Positions 37,846 through 52,045 of a DNA stretch of 64,000 nt are shown one piece after another; position 1 is the stretch's first letter, and each line of letters starts with the position of its first letter. This DNA comes from Macrostomum hystrix (taxonomy: Eukaryota > Animalia > Platyhelminthes): NCBI GenBank assembly GCA_950097015.1, contig CATNEN010000007.1:7440001-7504000 (forward strand). The letters run 5' to 3'. The notes under the pieces were generated by a model. That model saw nothing but the letters and a program-made list of their open reading frames with translations, did not search any database and was not told the DNA's origin. A program made the position numbers and the translations under genes.

Positions 37846-38659
37846 CTAAACCTACCCAGATACAAATTCGGTCCTGAAGCCATAATCTTGCCCAACTCAC
37901 TTCCAATTTCAACTCAATAATCTTGACTTTTGTTCTCGGCTCATTTAACTCTTTTCACAAAGGTCAATTGGGGGCTGATTCACCCGAATCACCCGATAGC
38001 ATTTTTGAAAAAAGTACATTTCGCCACCACATGCTGCTTGAATCCTCAGAACCTCAGAGTAGACCGCTGGCCAGCAGACAGAAGGAAGAAAAAAGTCACA
38101 TGCGAACACGATTAATCAATTTGTGATCGTGGATTTATGATAAACGCCGGCTGCCATTTTTCTCTTTGCCCCTCTTAACTGGCTTCCAATATTTGCTGTA
38201 TCCGGGCGCTTGAGCCTAGTGGCTCCTTCTCGCCATCTCCTATCGCTTCCTGCTTCTCCGCGGCCCGCCACTTCTCTTCACATCGCTAACCCTTCTCTCT
38301 CTCTGTGTCACACACACGCTAATACACGGCCCTAATCTTACCAGCCAAAGCAAATCGGTCATTTGCACTTTGAGCGATTTTTTGACGGGACTATAACAAA
38401 GTGTGGAAAATAAAGCAGTGGGAATGAAGCCAGAGAGTCATTACTCATTGAAGGGATTTGAACGAGCAGGCTTGCAATGTGATAAGCGTGCTGATTTGTT
38501 TCAGCCAATATTTAGGTTTTTATAATAGTTTAAGCATAGCATGATTCCAAATCGCTGTTCTGAGTCTCTATGTAATACCGCTGTTTGCCGATGCGCAAAG
38601 GCACTGTCACCTACAGACAGTGTTTGGAGGCACGACAGCAGATAAATAAATTCATAAAC

Positions 38660-39125
38660 CTGAATCCCAACAACCACCTCACTCCCGACAACCACCTCAA
38701 TCCCGACAACCACCTCAATCCCGACAACCACTTCACTACCGACAACCACCTCACTCCCGACAACCACCTCACTCCCGACAACCACCTCAATCCCGACAAC
38801 CACTTCACTACCGACAATCACCTCACTCCCGACAACCACCTCACTCCCGACAACCACCTCAATCCCGACAACCACCTCAATCCCGACAACCACTTCACTA
38901 CCGACAACCACCTCACTCCCGACAACCACCTCACTCCCGACAACCACCTCAATCCCGACAACCACTTCACTACCGACAATCACCTCACTCCCGACAACCA
39001 CCTCACTCCCGACAACCACCTCACTCCCAACAACCACTTCACTCCTGACAACCACTTCACTACCGACAACCACCTCACTCCCGACAACTACCCCATTCTC
39101 GACAATTACCTCACTCCCGACAGCT
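38660..39125. repeat. 18-bp minisatellite CACCTCACTCCCGACAAC
   Basis: Same family as 37668-37845; a degenerate relative lies at about 40680-40990. Confidence 0.9.
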
Positions 39126-39647
39126 GCCTATCTCGCTACACCCACTCCCACCAAAGGCACAACCTTACCAACCTCCCTTTCTACACCAGCGTCAATCCCA
39201 AAAGCCTACTACACTACTCCTAAAATTATTTTTTGTTCTGAACACGAAATCTCCCCCGAAATCGCACTTTGTAATAGGAAAAGCCAAGCGGATAAAGATT
39301 CGCCGAAATTAAAATTAACAAATAGAGTAAACACAGGCGGGAATTTCAGAAATTTCGATGCAGCTATACATTTGCAACACGCCGCTACCTCCTCGATATC
39401 GAATTCTCTTCGCATCAGCGCGGTGTTAAATTACCCACAGCTCGGCAACTGGCGAAGACCCAGTTTTAGGAGGAGCCCGACCCCAACGACACCTTCATCT
39501 GTCTCATCGCCTCGCTCTACTTATTTCTGCCACAAGCCTTTTTATTGGTTAATCTAATTCATCTCCGTCTGTTTCTTTGCGCAGAAATATCCAAAATCTT
39601 GGACAGAAAAGCTAGAATAGTCACTTATCTACTCATGCCATTGACTT

Positions 39648-40146
<499 letters not shown>

Positions 40147-40556
40147 AAACTGCTTGCCTAAGATCATTTCTGATATAATCTAATTTATCTCGCGGATCGC
40201 AGCTAACTGCTAATGCTAATCTGTGTCTCCACGCCCTTCAGTCATCGAATTTGACCCCAGCCTCAGAGGCAGCCGCCCTCTCCCAGCTCAGAATCTGATT
40301 CTATCCCCTACTAAAACCAAATCCTCACTAGCGGGGCTAAATCCGAAGGCAGCTGTGTTTCCTGCCGCCTGCATACCTCCAGATCCTTCATAAGATTGAC
40401 CGCTTTCTCAGACTCAGACTCTCACAACTCATCTTAGCTGGATTCGCACAAGAGTATTCAGAAATTCCTCGCTATATATGAGTACGGTAATCTCAATTCA
40501 GCCATCACTTTAGTAGGAAGTTTGTTTTTAATTATGAACTTTTACTTCGTGAGCAT

Positions 40557-40663
40557 TATCGAGACATTTACTCCATGGGCTGAACCTCAGCCGATGGAGT
40601 AAATGTCTCGATACACTCATCTAATACACTCATGGCTTAGATGACCTACACTCATCTAAGCCA
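40557..40663. other. Two adjacent inverted repeats (57-nt and 31-nt hairpins)
   Basis: TATCGAGACATTTACTCCAT-G-GGCTGA-ACC-TCAGCC-G-ATGGAGTAAATGTCTCGATA (40557-40613) and TGGCTTAGATGA-CCTACAC-TCATCTAAGCCA (40633-40663). Confidence 0.85.
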
Positions 40664-42039
40664 GGTCATCAGTAACACTACATCCACCTCACTGCACCCA
40701 CCAATTTTTTAGTTTCCTCACACTTTCCTCGCTCCACGCATCCATCTTACTCCAAACACCCACCTTACTCCACCCGCCTCCCTCCACCCATCCACCTCAC
40801 CCCACACACACGTTCCTAACTCTACAGAATCATCATACTCAAAACAGCCACCTCACTCCACCACAACCACCTCACTCTACAACACCCACCTCACTTCACT
40901 CACCCACCTCAATCCGCAAGACCCACCTCACTTGACTCACCCACCTCACAACACAACACCCACCCCACTCTACACATCCACCTCACTCCATATCGCTATC
41001 CCCACTTTGGTGAGTTGCCAAACTCACCTTAAATATTTTTAGAACAACCGAGTCACTAATAAATCATTCACTTTAGGCTTTCGACATCGCTTTCTATCCA
41101 TTTTTACCTCTTTTTCTTCTCACATTTTGAGCTCCTCAGAATTCTCGCCACCGTTTAGCGAGCCATGAAAAGAAAGAACTGAAAGGAGCATTTCGACAGA
41201 CTTCGTCTCCCTGCCGGTGCGTCATCAGTCCGAGCCGCGTCACGGCACCCGGCCGGCCCTCAATTTTCGTTGATTAATTTCGTCCTGAATTTTTCATGCC
41301 CCGGCCCGCCCCGAACCAACCCAAAAGCCAGGCCGAATTGAAAATGCGGAATGGAGATGGCGGCGGAGGCGAAGGAGAGAAGAAGGCTGGGTGGGGGCAG
41401 TAGCCAGTTTTCCTATTTTCCTATCCGCCACACAACCGGCGAAAATTATTTCCATTTTTTTCTTCATCGCCAACCCGGCTGCCAAAGGGGGGGGGTTCAG
41501 ATTGAAACGGACCAGGGTCGGCGCGAGGTCACAATTACACGCCTGGGTTTAATACTAGCCGCCATGAGTCACTGGGCACCGTTTGAAGAAAATTTTAAAC
41601 AAAAATAACATTCCAGACGACTCCGACCTGGTCGCCGATTCAAAGCGGGGTCGGCAGCTCCAGGTAAGGAATAATTGAAGGTGCCAAATTTATCGCTGTA
41701 CAAATCTGCGATCAACTTTGTTAGAATGGCTGCCTAATCCAGGCCCCGGGTTTACCGCGATTGTCATCGACAACTAATAAAGAAATGATTTAGTCTGCGA
41801 CTCTGCATAGGCTAGTTAACGATTAGCTTTGTGTATTTGCGCTGCGACTGGGCTCGTTCATTGAATGATGGTCTATAACTAAAACTATGATATGATATTC
41901 TGAAAATATCAGTAATCAGTAATATCAGTAATGATATTCTGAAACCACGCTCGTATATTCGATCCTCTTTCGTTAACATCTTGAAACGGGGGGAAATCGC
42001 AGCAGTATTGGACGCTTATTAACAAATTATTATTGATTT

Positions 42040-42747
42040 AAATCCAGTGAATCCCGTGAATCTCGTGAATCCCGTGAATCCCGTGAATCCTGTGAATCCC
42101 GTGAATCCCGTGAATCCTGTGAATCAATCGATTCCCATGGATCGATTGATTCCTGTGAATCCAGTGAATCTGGTGAATCCAGTGAATTCCGTGAATCGAT
42201 TGAATCCAGTGAATCCCGTGAATCCAGTGAATCCAGTGAATCCAGTGAATCCAGTGAATCTCGTTAATCCAGTGAATCCCGTGAATCAATTTAATCTCAT
42301 ACATCCTGTGAATACAGTTTATCCCGTGAGTCCCGTGAATCCCGTGAATCGATTGAATCCAGTGAATCCTGTGAATCAATCAATTTTCGTGAATCGATTA
42401 ATTCCCGTCAATCCAGTGAATCTGTGAATCCAGTGAATTCCGTGAATCGATTGAATCCAGTGAATTCCGTGAATCCAGTGAATTTCGTCAATCCAGTGAA
42501 TCTCGTCAATCCAGTGAATCTCGTCAATCCAGTGAATCCCGTGCATCCTGTGAATACAGTTTATCCCGTGAATCAATCAATTTTCGTGAATCGATTGATT
42601 CCCGTCAATCCAGTGAATCTGTGAATCCAGTGAATTCCGTTAATCCAGTGAATCTCGTAAATCCAGTGAATCCGGTGCATCCTGTGAATCCCGTGAATCC
42701 CGTGAATCCCGTGAATCCCGTGAATCTCTTAAATACCGTGAATCCCT
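42040..42747. repeat. Degenerate 9-bp repeat GTGAATCC(C/A)
   Basis: Tandem repeats. Confidence 0.9.
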
Positions 42748-43187
42748 GGCATCATTTGGAATGTGAGCTCTCGGACCCACTTTCCCGGCGCAATGCTCCG
42801 AAAATGTTTTGTCTTCCCCAAAAAACCACCCGAAGCTCGCCGAACTCGACGGGCAATAAGAGAAATGAGGACGAGGGATGAGCTGGGGAGAGGAGGCCAG
42901 ACTGGGACCTGTGGGACTTGGCAAAAATGAGAGGCTGGCAAAGATGGAGTGAGAATCTGCCGCCCAGCTGCCAAAACTGCGTGGGAACCGGGAAGAGCGG
43001 GATGGGGGAAAGACGTGAAGGAAACGAAGTTGTGAAGGCCGGCCCCGTCGCCCCGTGGCTGCTTTGCATTTTTACGGCTCGTACAGTCGGCAGCCAAATG
43101 AGGCCCTTTTGCACTGCCGGGACAGCCCGGCTGCCTCCTTCGCCAATCGGGTCCGCTTCACGCAGGAGTGGCTGCGTTCTTTAAGAA

Positions 43188-43291
43188 CTGAGCAGAGACA
43201 ACTATGCCAGTGGCTGAGCAGAGACAACTATGCCAGTGGCTGAGCAGAGACAACTATGCCAGTGGCTGAGCAGAGACAACTATGCCAGTGG
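43188..43291. repeat. 26-bp tandem repeat GAGCAGAGACAACTATGCCAGTGGCT, about 4 copies
   Basis: Direct tandem copies. Confidence 0.9.
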
Positions 43292-43502
43292 TCGGCGGCA
43301 AGCACTTTCTTTGCGCTGTCGAAATTCTTAGAAATCTAAATGTCGACTTCGGTGTCGAAAACTGGATCGTCCGAATTTCTATTTTCGAATTTCCTTGTGG
43401 CCAAAATTCACTTTCGACGAAATTACTTCGGTCGAAATGTTTTCGTCGAGAATTTTTGTAGACGAAATTCCTTGTAGTCTATTAAAAAAATATTTTCAAA
43501 AC

Positions 43503-43612
43503 GTGGTTAACGCGTTTGCCTTTCGTACCAAGGTTCCTGAGTTCGATTCCGCTCAGATGTACACACCTGCACACAGAGTGCCCACAGCCCTCCCGAAAAT
43601 ACTACTATTATT
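43503..43612 (+). mobile_element. tRNA-derived SINE, copy 3 (internally deleted)
   Basis: GTGGTTAACGCGTTTGCC...GAGTTCGATTCC head, then AGATGTACACACCTG and GCCCACAGCCCTCC. Both match the reverse complement of body segments of the 33977-34358 copy. TACTATTATT tail. Confidence 0.7.
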
Positions 43613-44805
43613 GCTTGTACTTAAAATCCTTTGTAGTCTAAACATGTTTTCGTCGAAATTCTTCTGCTCGAAATTCCTCTCGTCGAAATATATTTCCTGT
43701 TGTCGAAAATAGCAATTTGTTCGCTAGCAGCCAACAACATGGTAACAGACTTTGACATCAGCACAATGCTAGCCAGACCTAAAACAACACTGAAATATAC
43801 TGAATGCACATCACAGCCCAGTGTGATCCCCGAATGCACTTCCCCTTTACTCCCCTAATCCCCCCCAGCCAAGGGCGGCCCTCGCCGGCCATAAAAGGTC
43901 CGACCTCCTGGGGGCACGTCGGAGTTTACGAGCGACAAGACCTGCTCACCCCGATGTTGTTTTTGACCGCCCGCCCTCGCCCCGTCTCCGCGTCGCCGTG
44001 AAGCCACAGACAGATGTGGCAGATTGCCAAAGGGGCTGTTCAAGAGACTGGGGCAGGCCTGGCATGCAGTTTTATTGGGGCAGGCCTGGCTATTTTTTTA
44101 CAACAATTCAAGAACGGCTTGCTGTAAAACAGAAAACTGATGCTTTTATCACCCTAAGACTTCCTGGCCGCGCGTTTTGAGGCGGTCTTAAGAGCAGCAA
44201 ATAATTTTCCGGGTCAAACAAATCGTAAACACTAGCTTTCTACAAGCACTTATATCACAAATAAGACTTTGGGATGCGGAATCCAATTGCTATCCAAGTG
44301 TGAGCAACGACAATCGCTGCGGCTGTGCTTCTGCGCACATATTATTGCAGTCAATCAGTTCACAAGTTAACTACAATCCAACTGGTCTATTCAACGCCCG
44401 TCGACCAAAGCGCCCAATCGATTTATCCAAGAATCAAACTGATCAATCGATTCATTCAATGAATATTCCCTATCACAGCCTTCAAAGCAACAATGCCTGC
44501 TCACAATGAGCTGCAACACAAAGCGGAGGAACTCTCTGGGGTGGGTGGGCTTCTATTCTTTTCTGCCAGCCGTCACCTGCCGGTTCGACCTCGCCCTCGC
44601 CCCCCTCGCCCTTCATGCCGCCTCCACTCTCTGGTCCCATATCTGGCCGGCAATTTGCACTTGCTAAGACTGCTAATGGGCTAATGGCGAGCTGGCAGTG
44701 TGGCTCGTTTTTCTGCTTTGCCTAAACTTGCAGTGCCTTGAGGATGCAAATTTCATAATGCGACCCAAGATCCACGTCGTTAGAAGCTAAAAGGACTAAT
44801 TCCGT

Positions 44806-47140
44806 GCTTCAGATCCTCACTCCTTCCTTCAGATCCTCACTCCTTCCTTCAGATCCTCACTCTATCCTTCAGATCCTCACTCCTTCCTTCAGATCCTCAC
44901 TCTATCCTTCAGATCCTCACTCCTTCCTTCAGATCCTCACTCTATCCTTCAGATCCTCACTCTATCCTTCAGATCCTCACTCTATCCTTCAGATCCTCAC
45001 TCTATCCTTCAGATCCTCACTCTATCCTTCAGATCCTCACTCCTTCCTTCAGATCCTCACTTCTTCCCTCAGATCCTCACTCTATCCTTCAGATCCTCAC
45101 TCTATCCTTCAGATCCTCACTCTATCCTTCAGATCCTCACTCTATCCTTCAGATCCTCACTCTATCCTTCAGATCCTCACTCTATCCTTCAGATCCTCAC
45201 TCCTTCCTTCAGATCCTCACTTCTTCCCTCAGATCCTCACTCTATCCTTCAGATCCTCACTCTATCCTTCAGATCCTCACTCTATCCTTCAGATCCTCAC
45301 TCTATCCTTCAGATCCTCACTCTATCCTTCAGATCCTAACTACTTCCCTCAGATCCTCACTTCTTCCCTCAGATCCTCACTCTATCCTTCAGATCCTCAC
45401 TCTATCCTTCAGATCCTCACTCTATCCTTCAGATCCTCACTCTATCCTTCAGATCCTCACTCTATCCTTCAGATCCTCACTCTATCCTTCAGATCCTCAC
45501 TCTATCCTTCAGATCCTAACTACTTCCTTCAGATCCTCACTTCTTCCCTCAGATCCTCACTCTATCCTTCAGATCCTCACTCTATCCTTCAGATCCTCAC
45601 TCTATCCTTCAGATCCTCACTCTATCCTTCAAATCCTAGCTACTTCCTTCAGATCCTCACTTCTTCCCTCAGATCCTCACTCTATCCTTCAGATCCTCAC
45701 TCTATCCTTCAGATCCTCACTTCTTCCCTCAGATCCTCACTCTATCCTTCAGATCCTCACTCTATCCTTCAGATCCTCACTCTATCCTTCAGATCCTCAC
45801 TCTATCCTTCAGATCCTCACTCTATCCTTCAGATCCTAACTACTTCCTTCAGATCCTCACTTCTTCCCTCAGATCCTCACTCTATCCTTCAGATCCTCAC
45901 TCTATCCTTCAGATCCTCACTCTATCCTTCAGATCCTAACTACTTCCTTCAGATCCTCACTTCTTCCCTCAGATCCTCACTCTATCCTTCAGATCCTCAC
46001 TCTATCCTTCAGATCCTCACTCTATCCTTCAGATCCTCACTCTATCCTTCAGATCCTAACTACTTCCCTCAGATCCTCACTTCTTCCCTCAGATCCTCAC
46101 TCTATCCTTCAGATCCTCACTCTATCCTTCAGATCCTCACTCTATCCTTCAGATCCTCACTCTATCCTTCAGATCCTCACTCTATCCTTCAGATCCTCAC
46201 TCTATCCTTCAGATCCTCACTCTATCCTTCAGATCCTCACTCTATCCTTCAGATCCTAACTACTTCCTTCAGATCCTCACTTCTTCCCTCAGATCCTCAC
46301 TCTATCCTTCAGATCCTCACTCTATCCTTCAGATCCTCACTCTATCCTTTAGATCCTCACTCTATCCTTCAAATCCTAGCTACTTCCTTCAGATCCTCAC
46401 TTCTTCCCTCAGATCCTCACTCTATCCTTCAGATCCTCACTCTATCCTTCAGATCCTCACTTCTTCCCTCAGATCCTCACTCTATCCTTCAGATCCTCAC
46501 TCTATCCTTCAGATCCTCACTCTATCCTTCAGATCCTCACTCTATCCTTCAGATCCTCACTCTATCCTTCAGATCCTAACTACTTCCTTCAGATCCTCAC
46601 TTCTTCCCTCAGATCCTCACTCTATCCTTCAGATCCTCACTCTATCCTTCAGATCCTCACTCTATCCTTCAGATCCTAACTACTTCCTTCAGATCCTCAC
46701 TTCTTCCCTCAGATCCTCACTCTATCCTTCAGATCCTCACTCTATCCTTCAGATCCTCACTCTATCCTTCAGATCCTCACTCTATCCTTCAAATCCTAGC
46801 TACTTCCTTCAGATCCTCACTTCTTCCCTCAGATCCTCACTCTATCCTTCAGATCCTCACTCTATCCTTCAGATCCTCACTTCTTCCCTCAGATCCTCAC
46901 TCTATCCTTCAGATCCTCACTCTATCCTTCAGATCCTCACTCTATCCTTCAGATCCTCACTCTATCCTTCAGATCCTCACTCTATCCTTCAGATCCTCAC
47001 TCTATCCTTCAGATCCTCACTTCTTCCTTCAGATCCTCACTTCTTCCCTCAGATCCTCACTTCTTCCCTCAGATCCTCACTTCTTCCCTCAGATCCTCAC
47101 TCTATCCTTCAGATCCTCATTTTATCTTTCAGATTCTCAT
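44806..47140. repeat. 20-bp minisatellite AGATCCTCACTCTATCCTTC, about 115 copies
   Basis: Tandem repeats. Confidence 0.97.
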
Positions 47141-47617
47141 TCAAGTTAAGTGTGGATTTTTTCAGATATTGCGCAAAAATGTCGAACACAATCTAGATGT
47201 GGATTACGAGGATCTTGGTCTGCAGCAACGGCAGCAGCAGCAGCTGTCCTGTCAAATTTCCAATTTCGGCAGGGTCAGGAGGGCAATAAAAGAGCAAATC
47301 GGTTCATCTTTTGCCGTCCCATTTGCTCTGCAGCCCACCGGTCATTAATCAAGTGAGCTCCGGCTTTGGCGTGGGTCCGCAGACTTGGCGTCACCGTCAG
47401 ATTTCCTGCCCGCTGCAGGCCTCTCAAAGGCGAAAGATGGCGCAACGAATTTCATTTCATGCCAAAATTCTCGGCGACAGCCACCCAGACCCACTTTAGA
47501 GGCACCCAGCCGGACACAACAACTGTTGTCTTGGGGTGTTTACTGGCGAACCTGCGTTCTGCAATTTGGCTTCACTCGCTTAGTTCTCTGCGCCTCTTGG
47601 TGCATTCGCCAGGTTTT

Positions 47618-48562
47618 TTGTCTGTGTGGGTTCTGTGTAGGGTCTAAGTAGGGTCTGTGCGTGTGTTTAGGGCCTGTGTAGGGTCTAAGTAGGGTCTGTG
47701 CGTGTGTTTAGGGCCTGTGTAGGGTCTAAGTAGGGTCTGTGCGTGTGTTTAGGGTCTGTGTAGGGTCTGTACGTGTGTTTAGGGTCTGTGTAGGGTCTAA
47801 GTAGGGTCTGTACGTGTGTTTAGGGTCTGTGTAGGGTCTAAGTAGGGTCTGTGCGTGTGTTTAGGGCCTGTGTAGGGTCTAAGTAGGGTCTGTGCGTGTG
47901 TTTAGGGTCTGTGTAGGGTCTAAGTAGGGTCTGTGTGTGTGTTTAGGGTCTGTGTGTGTGTTTAGGGTCTGTGTAGGGTCTGTGTGTGTGCTTAGGGTCT
48001 GTGTAGGGTCTGTGCGTGTGTTTAGTGTCTGTGTAGGGTCTGTGCGTGTGTTTAGGGTCTGTGTAGGGTCTGTGTGTGTGTTTAGGGTCTGTGTAGGGTC
48101 TGTGCGTGTGTTTAGAGTCTGTGTAGGGTCTGTGCGTGTGTTTAGAGTGTGTAGGGTCTGTGCGTGTGTTTAGGGTCTGTGTAGGGTCTGTTTAGGGTCT
48201 GTGTGTGTGTTTAGGGTCTGTGTAGGGTCTGTGTAGGGTCTGTGTGTGTGTTTAGGGTCTGTGTAGGGTCTGTGTAGGGTCTGTGTGTGTGTTTAGGGTC
48301 TGTGTAGGGTCTAAGTAGGGTCTGTGTAGGGTCTGTGTGTGTGTTTAGGGTCTGTGTAGGGTCTGTGTAGGGTCTGTGTGTGTGTTTAGGGTCTGTGTGG
48401 GTTCTGTGTAGGGTCTGTGTATGTTCTGTGTAGGGTCTGTGTAATGTCTGTGTAAGGTCTGTGTAGGTTCTGTGTAGGTTCTGGGTAGGTTCTGTGTAGG
48501 GTCTGTGTAATGTCTGTGTAAGGTCTGTGTAGGTTCTGTGTAGGTTCTGTGTAGGGGCTGTG
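47618..48562. repeat. Degenerate GT-rich repeat (TTTAGGGTCTGTGTAGGGTCT...)
   Basis: Irregular tandem units. Confidence 0.88.
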
Positions 48563-48566
48563 CACA

Positions 48567-48962
48567 TGGATAATGGAACCAACTGGGTAATGGAAGCAGT
48601 TGGGTAATGGAAGCAGTTGGGTAATGGAAGCAGTTGGGTAATGGAAGCAGTTGGGTAATGGAAGCAGTTGTTTAATGGAAGCAGTTGGGTAATGGAAGCA
48701 GTTGGGTAATGGAAGCAGTTGGGTAATGGAACCAACTGGGTAATGGAAGCAGTTGGGTAATGGAAGCAGTTGGGTAATGGAAGCAGTTGGGTAATGGAAG
48801 CAGTTGGGTAATGGAAGCAGTTGGGTAATGGAAGCAGTTGGGTAATGGAAGCAGTTGGGTAATGGAAGCAGTTGTGTAATGGAAGCAGTTGGGTAATGGA
48901 AGCAGTTGGGTAATGGAAGCAGTTGGGTAATGGAAGCAGTTGGGTAATGGAAGCAGTTGGGT
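48567..48962. repeat. 17-bp minisatellite GGGTAATGGAAGCAGTT
   Basis: Tandem repeats. Confidence 0.93.
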
Positions 48963-49649
48963 CAAGATAACAGCAATGAATGTTGAGTGAAAGCAAGTTA
49001 GTTGAGTTGCATTAGCAGGGCATAGTTGAGAATGAATTAATGCTACATGTTCCCAGATATTTAGTAGAAAAGTGTCAGGTGAAACTTGGCCAGCCATGCT
49101 AATAGCTGAGCCTGGAGAATAATATAAAAAGTCAAATGAGAGCGACAATGGCGAGACTGGAGACAGCCGGGGCATGGTTGGCAGCGGCGGCTTGTCCAAT
49201 CAGCGCCTTCCTAGTCCGTTGCAACGGGATCTGGTTGTAAAACTTGGCGCGCATTAATCTTTCAGCGCAAGCCAAAGCCAGTTAAAACCATCCAGCTGGT
49301 TTCGCCTCTCGCCGAAGGGAGCATTGTGTGTCAGCCCGCCACTCTCCAAGCGCGATAGTTACAACAGCCACAGCGCCAGTTCTCACAGAATCCTTGAGCT
49401 GCTTGGAACTTTTTTGCTATTTTCTGTGAGTTGAGCCCTCAGACTCTGACCAGCTCTCTCGAGTGGCCGATTCCGAATGCCAACCGGAAGGAACTCGTAA
49501 AATTCAGGACGGTAAGAGAGATGGACTTCTCGCGGCGACAAGTCCGTCTTTTTCTCTTGAGCACTTCTCAGCTGACTGAGCTAGTTAAGCAATTTTAACT
49601 GGTCAGATAGAACGTGAATTACAAAATAGAAGGATAAAGTTCATTGAAG

Positions 49650-50190
49650 AGGGCACTGAGAGTGACAAGAACAAGGGCACTGAGAGTGACAAGAACAAGG
49701 GCACTGAGAGTGACAAGAACAAGGGCACTGAGAGTGACAAGAACAAGGGCACTGAGAGTGACAAGAACAAGGGCACTGAGAGTGACAAGAACAAGGGCAC
49801 TGAGAGTGACAAGAACAAGGGCACTGAGGGTGTCAAGAACAAGGGCTTTGAGAGTGATTGAGGCATGAGCGAAGGGAGACAGGGTGAGAGAAGGGAGACA
49901 GGGGGTGAGAGAAGGGAGATAGGGGTGAGAGAAGGGAGACAGAGGGGTGAGAGAGAGAAGCGAGACAGGGGGTGAGAGAAGGGAGAGACAGGGGGTGAGA
50001 GAAGGGAGACAGGGGGTGAGAGAAGGGAGATAGGGGTGAGAGAAAGGAGATAGGGGGTGAGAGAAGGGAGACAGGGGGTGAGAGAAGGGAGACAGGGGGT
50101 GAGAGAAGGGAGACAGGGGGTGAGAGAAGGGAGACAGGGGGTGAGAGAAGGGAGACAGGGGGTGAGAGAAGGGAGACAGGGGGAAAGGGT
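49650..50190. repeat. 24-bp (GGGCACTGAGAGTGACAAGAACAA) then 21-bp (GGGAGACAGGGGGTGAGAGAA) minisatellites
   Basis: Two adjacent tandem arrays. Confidence 0.92.
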
Positions 50191-50507
50191 CTCATCAAGT
50201 CAGTCATCAGAAGTCCAGAGCTGTACTAGAATCGAACCCCAAAGTCTGGCAGCTAAAAATGCCGCTTTGCCTACCCTCGCAGCCCAATTTGGCGAAACGG
50301 TGGGCGGCATTGAAGCGGATGAGGCCGTTAGGGATGTGACAGATCTGCGGCAGCAGCACCCTCCCATCCCTCCCCATCGAGTTCTGACGGCCGACGGGCA
50401 GCTGTCCGGACTTTTTCTGTGCCCTAAGATTTCAACCCCCGCCCTCAGCTTCAGCGCTCGGCTAACACAGGCACTGATCCACTTCCTACTGCCTCTGTCA
50501 ATTACAG

Positions 50508-50754
50508 GCGGGCTGCTAGCAGAATGCAGCACCAGCTCCAGCAGCTGCAGAGTCCGACATCGCCAATGGCCGCTGCCTCCGGAGGCCGCGGTCAGAGAAG
50601 GCGGACGAATCGTGGCCCCGGCTCCGCCGCTTCGATCACCAGATTCGCCGAGCTGCTGCGGGCCTCGGGGGGACCGCCGCCGCCGCCGCCGCCGCATCCG
50701 ACACTGACGGCAACGGAGATGGCCGGCTCAGCCGCCGCCGCAGCTGCAGGAAAA
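50508..50754 (+). CDS. KIF26: KIF26-like kinesin exon preceding the motor domain
   Basis: Acceptor attacag|G CGG GCT GCT and donor GGA AAA|gtgagc. RAASRM...TRFAELLRASGGPPPPPP...GK resembles the KIF26 pre-motor segment (T-x-F...L...PPPAPP...GK). Phase 0 into MKVIVKV. Confidence 0.75.
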
Positions 50755-50764
50755 GTGAGCCAAT

Positions 50765-52045
50765 TATTTCTCACCTTCCATTCTCTCGTCTATTTCTCAC
50801 CTTCCATTCTCTCGTCTATTTCTCACCTTCCATTCTCTCGTCTATTTCTCACCTTCCATTCTCACGTCTTTTTCTCACCTTCAATTCTCACGTCTATTTC
50901 TTACCTTCAATTCTCACGTCTATTTCTCACCTTCCATTCTCACGTCTATTTCTCATATTCAATCTCCCGTCTATATCTCACCTTCAATTCTCACGTCTAT
51001 TTCTCACCTTCAATTCTCACGTCTATTTCTCACCTTCCATTCTCACGTCTATTTCTCACCTTCAATTCTCTCGTCTATATCTCACCTTCAATCTCCCGTC
51101 TATATCTCACCTTCAATTCTCACGTCTATTTCTCACCTTCAATTCTCACGTCTATTTCTCACCTTCAATTCTCACGTCTATTTCTCACCTTCCATTCTCA
51201 CGTCTATTTCTCACCTTCAATTCTCTCGTCTATATCTCACCTTCAACTCTCACGTCTATTTCTCACCTTCAATTCTCTCGTCTATATCTCACCTTCAATT
51301 CTCACGTCTATTTCTCACCTTCAATTCTCTCATCTATATCTCACCTTCAATTCTCACGTCTATTTCTCACCTTCAATTCTCTCGTCTATATCTCACCTTC
51401 CATTCTCACGTCTATATGTCACCTTCAATTCTCACGTCTATTTCTCACCTTCAATTCTCACGTCTATATGTCACCTTCCATTCTCACGTCTATATCTCAC
51501 CTTCAATTCTCACGTCTATTTCTCACCTTCAATTCTCACGTCTATATCTCACCTTCAATTCTCACGTCTATTTCTCACCTTCAATTCTCACGTCTATATC
51601 TCACCTTCAATTCTCACGTCTATATCTCACCTTCAATTCTCACGTCTATTTCTCACCTTCAATTCTCACGTCTATTTCTCACCTTCAATTCTCACGTCTA
51701 TTTCTCACCTTCAATTCTCACGTCTATTTCTCACCTTCAATTCTCACGTCTATTTCTCACCTTCCATTCTCACGTCTATATGTCACCTTCAATTCTCACG
51801 TCTATATCTCACCTTCAATTCTCACGTCTATTTCTCACCTTCAATTCTCACGTCTATATCTCACCTTCAATTCTCACGTCTATTTCTCACCTTCAATTCT
51901 CACGTCTATATCTCACCTTCAATTCTCACGTCTATTTCTCACCTTCAATTCTCACGTCTATATCTCACCTTCAATTCTCACGTCTATATGTCACCTTCAA
52001 TTCTCACGTCTATTTCTCACCTTCCATTCTCACGTCTATTTCTTC
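50765..52045. repeat. 26-bp minisatellite TATTTCTCACCTTCAATTCTCACGTC
   Basis: Tandem repeats starting about 10 nt after the splice donor. Confidence 0.95.

Noticed and set aside
47618-48400. Interstitial telomeric sequence (TTAGGG occurrences)
   Set aside because: TTAGGG appears only singly inside a longer degenerate unit, never as tandem hexamers.
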